Source of the DNA: Chiloscyllium plagiosum
Taxonomy: Eukaryota
Assembly (NCBI RefSeq): GCF_004010195.1
Contig: NC_057720.1
Span: 48,338,880-48,402,879, forward strand
DNA: 64,000 nucleotides
Reading direction: 5' to 3'
The position numbers were made by a program, and so were the translations under genes. The number at the start of each line of letters is the position of its first letter. Position 1 is the stretch's first letter. Shown here piece by piece: positions 1 through 14,180 of this stretch. The notes beneath the pieces were generated by a model that saw only the letters and a program-made list of their open reading frames with translations, was not told the DNA's origin and ran no database searches.

Positions 1-1424
1 AAAAATCAAAATGTTCTCCATCATTGCAATTTTCTGAAGTCATATCAATTGTACGTAATAATTTTAAAGTCTGACATGTTTAAGTTTGCAATGTTTATCC
101 CAAGAAATATGTCAACGCAATTTTAAAATATTGAATTATTGAAAGACTGGAATATTAATTATATATCAAATCAAATAAAAAGATAAATTGAGATAAAATT
201 AGAGCAACGGTTTCTTAATTTCATAAATGATGCAATTGTATTATTACAGTTTTAACTGTGAAACTATTTACAATCACACTCCAAGGAATTCTTGAAAGTA
301 CAGGACTAGAAAAAAAACCTCTGATGTATATCTACCTTATTCCAAATACAAATAAGTGTCACTTAGTCAGTTCTCCCAAATGGTTTTCCAATTCTTTCTT
401 TCTTAATTTTATTTTACATATTACCTGTTTGCACAGGCAGTCTATTCCACAAATTATACATAAATAAATTAAACCTAAACTACTGGTACTCCTTTTCCTT
501 AGATGTGTAGTGTGTACTAACAATGAACATGTTCAGAACAGATGTTAAACAAGATATAAAAGTATATATATAAAAAAGTATATATGCATATATGAATTGT
601 GTAAATAGTTGAGCAGAGATCTCACTGTCATCTTGATTTTGATAGTCCCATATTCTGTAACCCTGACAGCGATATCTTTGGTCGTGCAATACTTCATTGG
701 CATGAACGTCTGTGTACCATAAGAATGGTATTTGTGAATGCAGAAAGCCGAATCAGGTCTATCTAGAAATTATGTCTACGTTCCATCTGAATATAAGAGT
801 CAAACTTTTCTGCTTAGCTCGTTTTAACACAGGTGGCAGTGAGTTATATTTACCATAAGTTAATACCCATCAGAAACTTTTGGCTGACATTTATTTTTCA
901 GAAATAACTAAAGAAATGAGGAACACATCTGTGTCCTGTTAAAAAAAAAGTACAACAGAACCATTAACAGGTTCAGTTAAAAAAAAGTTATTTAATTAAA
1001 CTAGTTGATTTATGCAACTCTTTGTTCATCTTTTGTTCCACTTAACAGATCTTACTGTGGTCGTCACGGTGAAGAATTTGATCGGGGTATAAGGGATACA
1101 GAGCAACATTATCAGATTCCAAACTAAACACCCCAGTAAAATGAGTTATAATCAAAATATGCAGTCCACATTTGATGATCGCATTGTTTTAATCATTTTT
1201 ACAGGCAGGTGAAAACGCACCTTTACCTTAGGTTGTTTTTATTCTGCTTGTTGGTAAAAAGAGGTGAAAAGAAATCTTTAAAGGGAGCTTCTCAATGAAA
1301 ACCAGACGATACTGCATCTAAACTCATGTTCCATTTAAATTTGACTATGAAGGAAGGATTCCCTTAACTCTTGAGCTCTATTTCAACCCAGTTCCCCTTT
1401 CCACAAACTGTTTGCATAGGCAGT

Positions 1425-1597
1425 GGGTCACAACAATACTGACAAGCTGAAGACAGCACTCGCATGAGTGCTCACTAATAAGCAAAGATCACCATTTATC
1501 TAAGAGGTCAAATGCCTGGTGGCTGAGGTCATGACCTAAACAACTTAAGTCATGACCCTTACACGTGCCTGAACTGATGCCATTCTGACTGGGGTCA
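1425..1597. promoter_or_regulatory. Cluster of nuclear-receptor half-sites, including a perfect IR0 AGGTCATGACCT (1526-1537)
   Basis: GGGTCA 1425, AGGTCA 1505, AGGTCATGACCT 1526, AAGTCATGACCC 1547, TGAACT 1570, GGGTCA 1592; E-box CACGTG at 1562. Confidence 0.4.
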
Positions 1598-4442
1598 GTT
1601 GCTAATCATACAGGCTATAAATTAGATTGTGCCTCACACTTCTTCAAAAGAAAGTTTGCCCTCGTCAATGCAGTATCATTCTTGGTTGTCACTTGATGGC
1701 TGTGTGAGGCATTGGACTGACAGAGCGAATCAATGGGTAAAAAGAACTTGTCTGTTAAACAGCAAACAAAATAAAAAGCTAACTGGATCATTTAGGACTG
1801 TTTAATCTACATTTGAATTCTATCATTTTACTAGAAAGGCATTCTCAAAAATTATTCACGATTAAGAACTTAGCAAACACTATGTTATATTTTATCGGTC
1901 ATCCTTTTAAAATCAGAATTCTTTTAGTCATAGTAAAATGCATTTAATGATTATAATGTTCTCAGCTATCAACTGCTCTGCAATATCACAATGGCCAGTT
2001 TCATCTACAGACTGATTTATAACATTACTGCTAATTTTCAATTATAACCCACACAACTTCACCAAACACCTCAACAATTCTAAAATAATCTAAACTACAT
2101 TAAAAAAATGTAGAATGTTTATTCCCTAGTGTATGCGCTGCAGTCATTACTTTATTTCCACACTTCTTCCACAAAGGGAATGGGCTCTTGAATAGGATTT
2201 TGAAATTGTCCTGCTGGTCTATAACGAAACCTCTAACATACCAAACAAATAGAACCTCAGGACAGGTGACATGAAACTAGTCACTAGTGTTTACCATGCT
2301 ATGGCTGTCTGGATTATTCTAAGTTAAATCAACTGAAAAGCAAACAACCCCTGATTTCACGTCCAAACAAATTCTTTAGTTAAAAAGTGTTACAGTATGA
2401 GCAAACAGTCAACAAAAATCAAAACAAATTAAAAGATCAGAGTTGCACATATTTTTAAAAAATATGCATATCTTCAATATACCAGAAATACCTGGTTACT
2501 TTCCAGAAATTGCTAAATCAGTTTTTAACAACTATAGTAGGTCTATTAGTAATATGCTGAGTAAAATATTTTCACACTCTAAATTGTTGCTTATCATCCA
2601 TCATTAGCTACTTTGGTTTTTACACAGCTTTGGGTCATTTTCAAAAGGCTGAACCACTGCCGAATTATTATTTAAATTTATTTAGACAAAAGATTGAGAG
2701 AGGTTATTTAACCAGTCGTTGCATTTAGCACTTGTTGAAAAATTCAATTATCTACACTAAATTTCAGAACTGAATGCACCTCGTTTTAATTTTAAGAGAA
2801 AATTGTTGAATTTAATTTTTAAAATCTATCAGCGATACAATCGCTACTCCCTAAAACATGGCGCTTACGATCAGGCTACAGGAAAGAGCAGAGCGTCAGC
2901 GAAAAAAAAAGTGGCCACGTATTCCCATGTTGGCTTTGGCATGTTGGACAAAGCACTTTTTAGAGTTCATGCTTTCTGCCAACACTGGCAGCTGCTCAGT
3001 CCATTGAAAACTCCTGAACCTTCCAAGCAGGCCAAACAAGATCCAATATATTTTTTGCACATAACTTTCAGTAAGCACCCAATTTTAAAATACAAACTAT
3101 TTAAAATGTACTGCATACATTTCATTCCACTTATTTTAGTGAACATTTTTATTCTTTGTGTTTGATCCTGGTCTATTCGTCCATTACATAGTTTTAATAA
3201 CAACTATAATGCAATAGGGAGAATGTAATAGAACTTATTTTCCAAAATATTTTGACTGTTTTGGCACGTCAACCTTTAGCGGTTATCTCTGTTATTTCCA
3301 AAATCAATGGTCACAAAACTGATTCGAGTTTCTAACCCTTCAAATTGTTGCTGGCTTAGAATAAACAAAAGTTCCATTGGTGGCTGTAACAATCAAAAAG
3401 CGAATTCTTAAATGCAAAATGTTTCTGAAAATAGAAAGTTATCAAACTGGAAATGAATATTTTAAAATAGTGTGAAGATTAAAGCTCACTCAGTGCTTTT
3501 CCAAAATACTTGATATTATGAAGATCAGTGATTTGCACTGATACGGTTGCAACAGAAATAAATGCAAGGCATTTACAACATTGGTCCATGTTAAAAGTGA
3601 CAAAGACACTAAGACCTTAAATGAACAGCTGAATTGTTTCCTGCCTTTATTTTGTGCAATGACCACAACCTGCATTCACACAAGGTACCTGCAAATACAA
3701 ACAGATTTGAAAAAGAACACAAGATCTCTATGACAAAAGCCAGTGGAGAATGCCACATTCTGGATTACTTTGTCTCTGTAAGTAATGTGTAGAATCCAGA
3801 GTTTGACACTTCACTTGGGCTGCAGACAATTTACAGCAATAAAACTCTTAGTTCCTTTTTTGCAGGTTGCCACTGCTATACCCAAGTTGGCACAACTTTT
3901 GAACCAACACTCTGGGGCAATAGCTGACCCCAACATTTAAACCAATGATTGGGCTTTTTCAGTTGTATATCCTTTGTTGTGTATGTTAGCACAATCCCAC
4001 CAAAAATGCAGGGATATTTTTTAACACAAACAAAATATACTTCCTGTGGGGATTTTCATCTTCCATCGCAGGCTGTGAGGTGGGGGGGGAAGAAAGAGAG
4101 AATGCTGATTTGATCCTAAAGGAAAATTATATGGTGAAGGGCACGAGAAACACAACTGAAAGTTTAAAAGCTGCTTTCAGATCTGGCCTGCAATGACCAA
4201 TTGCGATTATTACATAAAACAAAAAACAAAATTCCTGTTTAAAATCATATTTTTTATCAACTTTAGATTGCACTTTACAACAAGACAGGGTCTATAGGAG
4301 CATGCAGTAGGAAGTTACATTTACAGAAAAGGTATACACACAAAACAACCATTACATGAGGTTAGGTTTTAGGTGAGGACACATGCAACACAACCATTTC
4401 ACAAGAATGAAGATCAAGTTTATCTTTATAAATAAAATTCTA

Positions 4443-5048
<606 letters not shown>

Positions 5049-8000
5049 TTAACAAAAGAAGTAGCATTGCATTCAACCTTTATCAGAATTATTTTCCTAT
5101 TGGGCAAATACATAATAAAAATTAAAAATCAAAACACATTTCATTGAAATAATAGATTTAATTCAATACCATTGTATAGTCCAACCAGCGCAGTATTTTG
5201 TTTGAAGCTTGACTTAGAAAAATTTATGCCATGTACAGTGAGTATTCTTTGTGTAGAACAGTCAGAAAGATGCCGACAGCGTAACTGAAAGCACCCATGT
5301 AGGTAACGTCCAAAACACTTGCCAATATTCAAGACACTCCCTGCGTGTGCTCGGTTTGTTTATGAAGAGCTTTCCCAAAACAGTAAAGAGAAGGTTCCCT
5401 CGACTAAAGCATGGGTGCTTTCATTAACCTTCGCCAGCTTTAAAAAAAGCAGATCTCTTCACTCTCCGTCCCCAACCCTTTGCATGTGGTGTAGCCAGCA
5501 TGAGCCCGCCTATTTGGCAAATTCCACACACTAGAATGCCAATCAACAGCTCGTACGAGGGGGCTTTGTGCAAAGCAAGAGAGGATAAACCCCCCCCCAC
5601 CTCCCCCCCCACGCCCCTTCACAAGATGGTTTCAAACACAGCAAGTCTGTACAGTCAGAGAAAAAAAATCTGCATATTCTTCATTGTGAATTCATGCTAT
5701 TTTCTCAAGAAATGTCATATTGAGCTGTGCCCTTGTGAAAAATAAAAATACTCAGACATTATTTGGAGTTCCAGCTTGGTGATGCCAAATAGGAAGTACA
5801 AAATACTTTATTAATAAGTAGTTTGTTTGTAATCCTTATTCAGTAACATGATAAAACACATCCCACCCACCCACCCATCCCCATTCCATCACTACAACAT
5901 CCCACTCACCACTATCACCCCACCCCCCACTCAAGTACCAATACCAATATATACATAAGTAAATACTGTAAATATAGACAAGCAACTGTGATCACGATAA
6001 ACCATTGAAATCAAATTTTTAATCAATAATATTACAGTGACTCTGGCAAACTGATATGCAACTACGCAGTAATTCCATACAAATAAAAACAAAGCAGGTA
6101 GCCCAAGTTTTTTGCATATGGTTAAATACTTAAAGTGTTTAAAATATCACATAACATGTTGTTTTACTTGTACAATTAAATGGTCAAAACCAAGGATGTT
6201 AATAAACAACTAAATTTAAAATGGCGTAATTATACGTAAAAAGCTACAAAAGAAACGGGAAAACATTTTCAGCACAACTACCATCTGTCTTTTTCCTCTT
6301 GTTTAAACTAAATGTTGCATAAATTGTTTTTCTTTTAAATAAAATAAGATAGCAAAACTTTTACAATGAAAAACACAATGTTTGATTGTTCAGCAGAATT
6401 TTTTTTGGAAGGTGTATATTTTGCATTATCTCTACTGAATAAGGTTGTGCATTTCCATTGTATGAACGATGCCATAGCTGTACAGGCTGGAAGGGATTTT
6501 CTTTAATGAAATAAATTAATGAAAAAAATGTTGCATTGGTGGGAACATTTAGAGGATTTTTAGATTAAAGTGAATTTTCATTTACCAACCTTTCTCCAGC
6601 CACACGACATCTGGCCTGTAATTCTTCAAGCTTAACTGAATTCCTTTACTACAATCATCTACACGTAGGTAACAATCTGTCCTGTAAAGGAGATTTTCAA
6701 ACTGCCAAAACAAATAATGAAGCTCAAATTTATTAACTGTCTACCCTAAACATATATATGCTTGTTTCTATAGCATCTCAAAGGTTGGGAAGACAAAGGA
6801 CTGGATAATCCATTTTTTTCCTGTGTAAAATTTAAAATAATTTTAACAACTTGTTTTCAAAATTTAAATAAAAGAGTTAAGTAGCCATTTCTTTTTTGCT
6901 TCACTCTAAACCTTTCATTGAAAGATTCTTTAAGTTAACCACTACCATATGATTTAACTCGGTCAAAGTATAATAAAGTAGCATAAAGACACAAATCTCT
7001 ACTGATATCGTGAATTCAGATTAATTCAATTCCACACTAAAATGACTATCCTAAATATGGCATGAATTGCAAACTCTAGAATTCATCCCAAGACAAAGAC
7101 TCATTCCTGACAGTGTGTGTTTATGGAGTGAATATGGATATAGTTGAGCTATGGATTAAAACCTCGAGTCAGTGTTTGACCTTGGCTGCATGAATGCATG
7201 GAACAAGGGATGCCAGTGTGGTGATACTATGTCACCACATTGGTGTCCTTTGCTGTGGCCTCCAGATGCCACAAGTTCAGATCTGATCTCTTAAGTTGTT
7301 ACTGCAACAGAATTCAGACCTATAAACTCACTTGCAGTGTGAGGAGTAAAGTAAAACATTAACTAAATAAAAAGAAAACCTTAACAACAACTTAAAAAAA
7401 TATATAGTGTCTGATTAACCTCAGAAAATTAACGGTGTAGATGATGATAAGAATTTAGCATTCAGAGCAAGGAGCTTTGTAATTTATTAGGCAGTTTTTG
7501 GAAATGTACATTTATGTTTTAATCCAGTCAGAAGTCGACCAGTTTCATAGATTCTTGCATCGACTTTATGTTGGAAATCAGCCAATGTACAGTTTTCCTG
7601 CTCCACCTCAGAGCTAATGCCGAAAAGAAGCTTTAAACTACTTTTGCCCAATGTCAATCCTAAATCTTCCCCATCGCTGACAGCTTTCCATCTCAATCTC
7701 AATATGGAATTAAGAAACTTAACTTCTGCTGTAAATAAAACAATCAGATCATAAAAAACAAAAAAAGTTCAACTTAATCGGAGAAGTGCATTGGCTCGGA
7801 ATTTTAGCTGCCATTATTAATATACATTGCTGCAGTGATTCCAATTTCTACAATTCAAATGGGCACAAAACGATTTGGATATTAAGCACCTGTAGCAGTT
7901 AAATTAAGTTTTGTAAACTGAAAATAGTTTCAATTACAGGGGCCTATGAGGTGCAGACTATAGCAAGCTGATCTTTTGCTGAATTACACAATCAAGAAAT

Positions 8001-9479
8001 AAACTGTATTTTCTTAGTATTAAAGTCTATTTCGGCTTTGCATTATTAGATTGTAGGCCCCAAGTTTGAGCCAATTTCTAAATATTCTAAACATTTGGAG
8101 GCCAAACCACTTAGTTCCTTAAGTGACAATCAGTGAAGTTGTGGTTTTGTTGTGGGTCTATTTTCATTTAAACCTCAGCACTGCACTCCAGTGCAGCATG
8201 CATGTCCTTCCTTTGGCACTGCCTCACCAATTAATGTATACCATATATAATGAAGAAGCAAACAGAATAAGCAGCAATTTTCTTTGAGGTGGTCAAAACT
8301 ATGCATACTTCCACGACGACACTGATAATTGGACAACTTTATTGTTTACAAACAACTGTCTCTAGTGCTGAAAATCAAATTGCCCATTCAACACTATACA
8401 GTGTTTGTTATGTTCTCACTTTTTTTGTTCATGTATCATAACAATCCAGTGTGTTCTTAAGTAATTCTAGGCAGTTCTTATCATTTTGCATGGTTTTAAA
8501 AAATTAACTAGTTCTGCAAGGGAAACGGCAAACAGAATCCATTTAAAGAAGTTTGTAATGTTAAATTAAAACAATTGACTTATTCAGACTTACATATTCT
8601 AGTCTCTGTTTTTTTGACCGGATATTTCAATACCAATCAATCTGTTCATTTCAGTGCAATGCAATAACATATACACTAATCACTTCTTAATTTAAAAGAC
8701 TGAAACACAATTTTGTTTTCCTTCAGACACAGCACCTCTTTTTTTTACCAAAAAAGATCATTATAAAGCAGATTTGTGAATGTGTGTCATTAAAATAACG
8801 CAGTAAGTTTGGGAAAAGGGTTGAAACTGAGGATCTCCATAAAACTTGCAGTTAACTACCCGATTAGATAAAAGGACATAAAACCAAAACCTTCACTGAA
8901 ATGTAATGATTCTATATAAGATTAGAAATTAGAGATTTTTATGCAATAAACGGCTGCAAATGCTTTGTATGTATTGGTTACTTAAGATTCAGTAGAATTT
9001 ATCTTAAATTTGTATTTCATTTTAGAAATATTGACTCATTTCCAATTTTCTACTTCATACTGAATTACAATAGTTTAATGTGGTTTCTGTCCTTTGGGTG
9101 AACAAGGAAGGCAAACTTCAGGAATATAAAGACCAACAGTTAATTCAAGATGGATGCAAATACTTTATATTGCTGTTAAAAATGTCTCTAAGGCATGATA
9201 CGAATCTTTTGTATAGATACTTTAATAGGTTAAAAAAGGTTATATAAAGATGTTCATGGTGCCCCCTTACCCAAACAAAGAAATGCTTTAAGTCGATTCA
9301 CAGTAACGTTGCAAAGATTGGTCATTGTTCATAATGCTTTTAAAAGTTTAAATCACGTGCAAGAATGTTTTTTTTAAATGTAAGACTAACAACCAAATGT
9401 TCATTAAAATTCTACAGTGATACTGTGGGAAATAAGGTTTTTACCGAAATAATTTCAACATGCTATTTAAAAACCAGCG

Positions 9480-10620
9480 ATTTCTGACTTCGCTGGAAGG
9501 GATGACTTTTGAACTGAATAGATTGAACAACACGGGTTAGTTATCCCGCACGCTATAGAATGTGAAAGAAGGCGGATTTCGAAGCAAAATTCCGCTCTGG
9601 AAACTTGAGTGGAAACACAAGAAGCACAGCACTCGAGCAGACAGCGTTTCAACGGGGAAAACCCTGACTTCTTCAATAATGCTTGAAGTAGCGACGAGGC
9701 AATAACAAAATCGCACAGCGAAGTAGAAAGCTTTACGGGCGCTAACAGAACGGTGGTAACTTAGCGAAAGCAATGACATTGCTGTGGAGTTGGGGGGGGG
9801 GGGAGGGGGTTGCAGACAAATCAAAATATTGAGGAGCTGGGAAAGGAAGCCGATGCCGTCCCAAACCACAATGCCCACAACCCCATCGGATCGGGCGCTC
9901 TGGCGGGGAACTGTTGCCTAAAGTTCAAGCTACTCGCCCTCCCAGGGACAAAAAAAAAGTCACTTAGACGCGTGGACAGTTCACACCTGACAGCATCACA
10001 GTGCCCCGAGAGAGAGAGAGAGAGACAGAGAGAGAAAATCAAACACACTGCCTTCCAAAATGTTGTGAAAAATCAGTTTAGGGGTGTGTGGAGGGGGGTT
10101 GGAAACAACAGCAAAGCGAGCGCCTAACTTGCCGAAGATGATTGGGAAGGAGGTGCAGTACGCTGTGGAAGGCAGCAGCGCGATTTTGTTATGAAAGATA
10201 TTAACACGAAACTTGCGCGCACCGCTTGTTGTGAGTAAACTGTGTACCTTAGAGGCACAACAAAAGCGTGATTCCCCACCGCCTGCTTCACCCCCACCCC
10301 CATCTCCATCCCCATCCCCACCCCACACACACACTCATTCACCAACCCCCCCACCCCCCCCTACTATGCCTCCCCCAAGAAAAGCAGCGATCGCAGCACT
10401 TTCCTGCCTGCGAAATGTCCCGAGGTACGCGCGGCACCTCTTTGGAGAGCCGCTCTTGCAAAATGTGTGGCATTACCCCAGATTTGTTTCTGTTTCCAAA
10501 AAAAAATGCAGTCAGAAAAATAATAAATATTAATACGTATCCGCCATTAGCCATGTGCCTCAGTGGGGGCAGATCGCGGAACCCAGTCACTGATCTGAGA
10601 GACAGGAGGCATTTAAATAA
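9480..10620. promoter_or_regulatory. CpG-island-like 5' end of NFIA intron 1, with a (GA)n microsatellite (~10008-10034) and C-run tracts
   Basis: Visibly higher GC and CpG content than flanking intron sequence. Confidence 0.65.
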
Positions 10621-10702
10621 AAGAGAAAAAAAAAGTTTAATATATCAAAAAGAAGCAGGACGGACTCTAAAGGGATACAAATGTTGCAGAATTGTATCCT
10701 AC

Positions 10703-10729
10703 CTGGGTGAGACAGAGCGGAGAGTACAT
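10703..10729 (-). CDS. NFIA: NFIA coding exon 1 (MYSPLCLTQ)
   Basis: Minus strand reads ATG TAC TCT CCG CTC TGT CTC ACC CAG|gtagga. This is the known NFIA N-terminus, and its phase 0 donor joins DEFHP across a 5702-bp intron (5001-10702). Confidence 0.95.
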
Positions 10730-11360
10730 TATTGTGGCGGTGCTGGTGGTGGTGAGAGGAAAAGCCGGCTTTCACATTTCAGTCTCGAACTGAAGCCAGC
10801 TCTCTTCTCCATCCTGAACTTTAACCCCGCCTTTAGTTAGTATATAGTCTACATCCCAACTCTCCGTGGCTCATTCTGACAGTCCAGGCAGTGCTCCTCT
10901 CGCTCTGTCTCACTCACTCACACACCTTCCCCGCCCTCTCTCACACCACCTTTTAGCATTTGTTATTTTATATATATATATATATCCGCCCGTTCTCAGC
11001 TTGCTTTCTTACAGCTGCGATCTCTCCCTCTCTCTCTGGTTGTATGTGAGAAGGAAGAGGAGAGAGAGAGGAAAAATTCACACTTGTGGGCTGGCTGTCA
11101 GTGAAGCGAAGCCCGCTCTCCAGCCTTCCTCCGCCCGATGGGAGACTACACCCTTCCCCGGCCGCAGTTCTCGGCCTGCAGCTCCATCGAACCTTCCTGA
11201 ATTTTAACAAAACACAACACCCTGGGTTTTTCACCCCCTCCCATCTCTGTTCACCCTCCCTACAGCAGCGAGCCAGCTCCCTGCGTCAACACCCCGAGCA
11301 AATGCAGCAGCAAAACTCTGGCAGCAAGCGGCGCCTAAAAATAAACGTGAATGCCTACTC
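10730..11360 (-). promoter_or_regulatory. NFIA proximal promoter and 5' leader
   Basis: Immediately upstream of the exon 1 ATG. CpG-rich, with GC-box-like cccgcc motifs, CT/GA tracts and (TA)n at ~10969-10985. The transcription start site cannot be determined from sequence. Confidence 0.7.
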
Positions 11361-14171
11361 TCAACTTGGACTTGAACGTGAGAAAGACCCCCAAGTGCCT
11401 AGATCTCTTATCGAGCTAGAAAAGGAATTGTGAATTTTATGTATTTTGTTAATTTTTTTAAAAAAATTAAAGTCAGCCTGCAACTTTGAGATAAATAAAT
11501 ATGGAGTGTTTTGTTGCCTTAAAGCAAATCATTTATTACATTGGTTTCCCTGCACCAAAAGTTAGTTGGGAAAGTGAATTGGGATTTTTTTTCTATTCTT
11601 TCCTCACCCCGGTTAAGTCTGTTTAAATAAGGCAAGATGACGATTTGTAGCTTTGGCGCCTTTTTAAACAACAGTAAATTGTAATACATAACTAAGAATC
11701 ATGTGGCTGAGAATTGGGTTTTTTTTTCCACATCGCGTCACCTAGACGAATGTCACGTCCACGGCTCCTCCGCCCGGCTGCTGCCGCTCATTGTTTGACA
11801 TTTTCTCTGCTGCCTGCGCTAGTGACCCAGATGTAACACACTGAATGGGGAAGGACCGGCCTGCCAGCGCGCATGTACTCTTCCTGCAACGCACTCTGGG
11901 TCTTGTAGTCTTTGCTCCTGTGCACTGCGCACCTCTATTCGAGTAATTGACCAGCAATGGCTCATACCACAAAGTGAAACGAGCAGCACACTTAGATTTA
12001 AGTTTTAAGATTTTCTCACGTAATTATCCACAAGTATTTCGCGAGAAATGTGCACGATTTCTGAAATACCCCTTCTCTTCCCATGCACTTAGCGTACAAT
12101 AATTCGCCTCAAGGTAGTTGATCTGTTGAAGACTGAGGGCCTTAGCATCTTAATGAAATGGTCGAGACTGTTAAAGCGAATAGACGGAACGCAGTTCCGA
12201 AAGTACAAAGCGAAACCAGAATTGAAATACAGGAGGAATGAAAATGTACGACACAAGGTTAGGAGCTCAGCACAAGACCACATCTTCCAACATGTTGCAA
12301 CCAAAACCAGGCTTGCTAACTCTTCGACTTTTCACTGCATCAGCAATTTAGCTGAATAACAACACAGATTCCTCTGTGTCTGTTCAATAATTCCTAATTA
12401 AACACATGCACACTTTTATTGTACATTTAAGGCATCTGAATTAGTTTACATCAGGCAATTGTACATCACCATTATATTTTGTCCAATATCTCTCGGGCTA
12501 TTGGTTAGATTTATCCTGGGATTCTAAAAGTACCCATTCAGAAGGTTTTTTTGTTAGGTCAACACATGTAATGTATCTTCAAAGTACTTTGGGGTTCCCG
12601 TATCTAATAAAAGTCATTTCATTCTAATGATACTACACCGCATATTTTTCAAACTGCATTTCTCTAATGTTAAGATCACGTATAGACTGGGACGGTCAGT
12701 AAAATGAAATGTGCTCACCAGCAACACAGTAAGCAGCATGTACAAAGTGTTTCTTTTCAGTGAAGGCACAGCGCCTTCCTTTATAAGGAGATATTATCAT
12801 CATATGCAGGCTTGTGTAATCAGTCATATAAAACATATACACGTCGACGCAAAACAGATGAATCGTTCTATTAGACTATAGAATACTACACCACTCACTA
12901 TACGGATGAATCATTCCGACGACTACATTCCTCTAATTCTTGAATTCATATGCTGCAGAAATCCCTCTGGCTATGGGTCGCGGATTTGGGCGTCATAACT
13001 CATTTAGAATCTCATAAAATCAAGTTATCTAAAAGAAATTGCACCAGTTCTCATCCAAACATTTCAAAGATTTTTACGGTCCCATTCCCTCATCCTCCTT
13101 CGAATGCAGAGGGAGACATGTACGGTATTACTTTGGTCGCACTATAAATTCTTGGTGTTTTCTATCCTGGCCTGCCAACACTTAATATATGAGCAACATT
13201 CATGCGAGATTATTCGAAGGGATACTGTCAAATAGTTTAATGGTGTGTGTATTGTATATAATTGCAAACCTTATATATATAATTAAATTAAAACGTTAGC
13301 TTTTATCATTGTTCAATATCCCCTAGGTTTTGGATTGAATTTTAAATAGTATCCTGACTTAGTATTTAACATAATTCGTGGTCTCAAGAATAGTGCGATT
13401 TATTTATTCCATGAAAAGTTCTCTCACCTCGTTTAGCCTAATTATAGTTACAAGACACTGAACGCAACTTTTAAGGATGAGCTCTTTATATAAAAGGCAT
13501 TTAGAGTGTTTCTGTCACACAAATGAAAACATATCTTAACACATTTTAACACGCACAAAACGTCATGCAACTAATATACAATCTCCCATTACACGTTCTT
13601 CGTAAATATTCATTAATCCAGCTATACTGTACATATCTGAACTACAGTTCCCAAGATACCCTTGCAACAACCTGCCTTACATCTAGCATAAGACGGAAGC
13701 CTCGCCTTTCTACATATTGATTGGCGCAGTGCAGCGTTGAGGATATCAATCGAGGTTTCGATTGGTAGAAAGGGTTGCCTATCACACTGGGTTAAGTTCA
13801 CGTCTCTAGTTCGGCTGACCGTTCGAAGAAAAGATTTTGAGACCAAGTCACACGTCTCGACAGAGTGAGTACGCAACGTTATTTTTTGCCCCCCTCTTGG
13901 ACGAGACAAGCGACGGGGGAAATTTGCCAAGCTCAGCGCTTTCCAAGCTCACAGCAGCAGCTTATTCTTGGCGCAATAATTGACATATTCCACATGGACA
14001 CAAACTGGAACAGGCGTGAATTAAAAGAAAACCAACCTATTATCAAATAACCAGCCTGCAACATTATTAAATATATTTCAAATATAATATATCCTGCTAA
14101 ATCTTAGTTTGCATTCAAGTTTATAATCTCTTAAAATCATAATTTTAAAAAGCTCATTATGTATCACGTAC

Positions 14172-14180
14172 CATTGCCAT
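14172..14180 (-). CDS. NFIA: Putative alternative NFIA first exon, coding part (MAM spliced to DEFHPF); exon probably extends to ~14520
   Basis: Minus strand reads ATG GCA ATG|gtacgt: phase 0, with an in-frame TAA 8 codons upstream. It lies next to a CpG-rich CCAAT-containing segment. NFI genes are known to have M-DEFHP isoforms from alternative first exons. Confidence 0.6.

Noticed and set aside
7487-7702. ORF containing KAVSDG, reminiscent of the mammalian MKLADSVMAGKASDG NFIA N-terminal isoform
   Set aside because: Only a 4-5 residue resemblance, with no ATG in that frame and no suitable splice donor; likely chance.
9467-12359. Numerous overlapping 60-190 aa ORFs around the promoter
   Set aside because: Low-complexity, mostly non-ATG starts, expected in GC-rich CpG-island sequence, and no recognisable domains.
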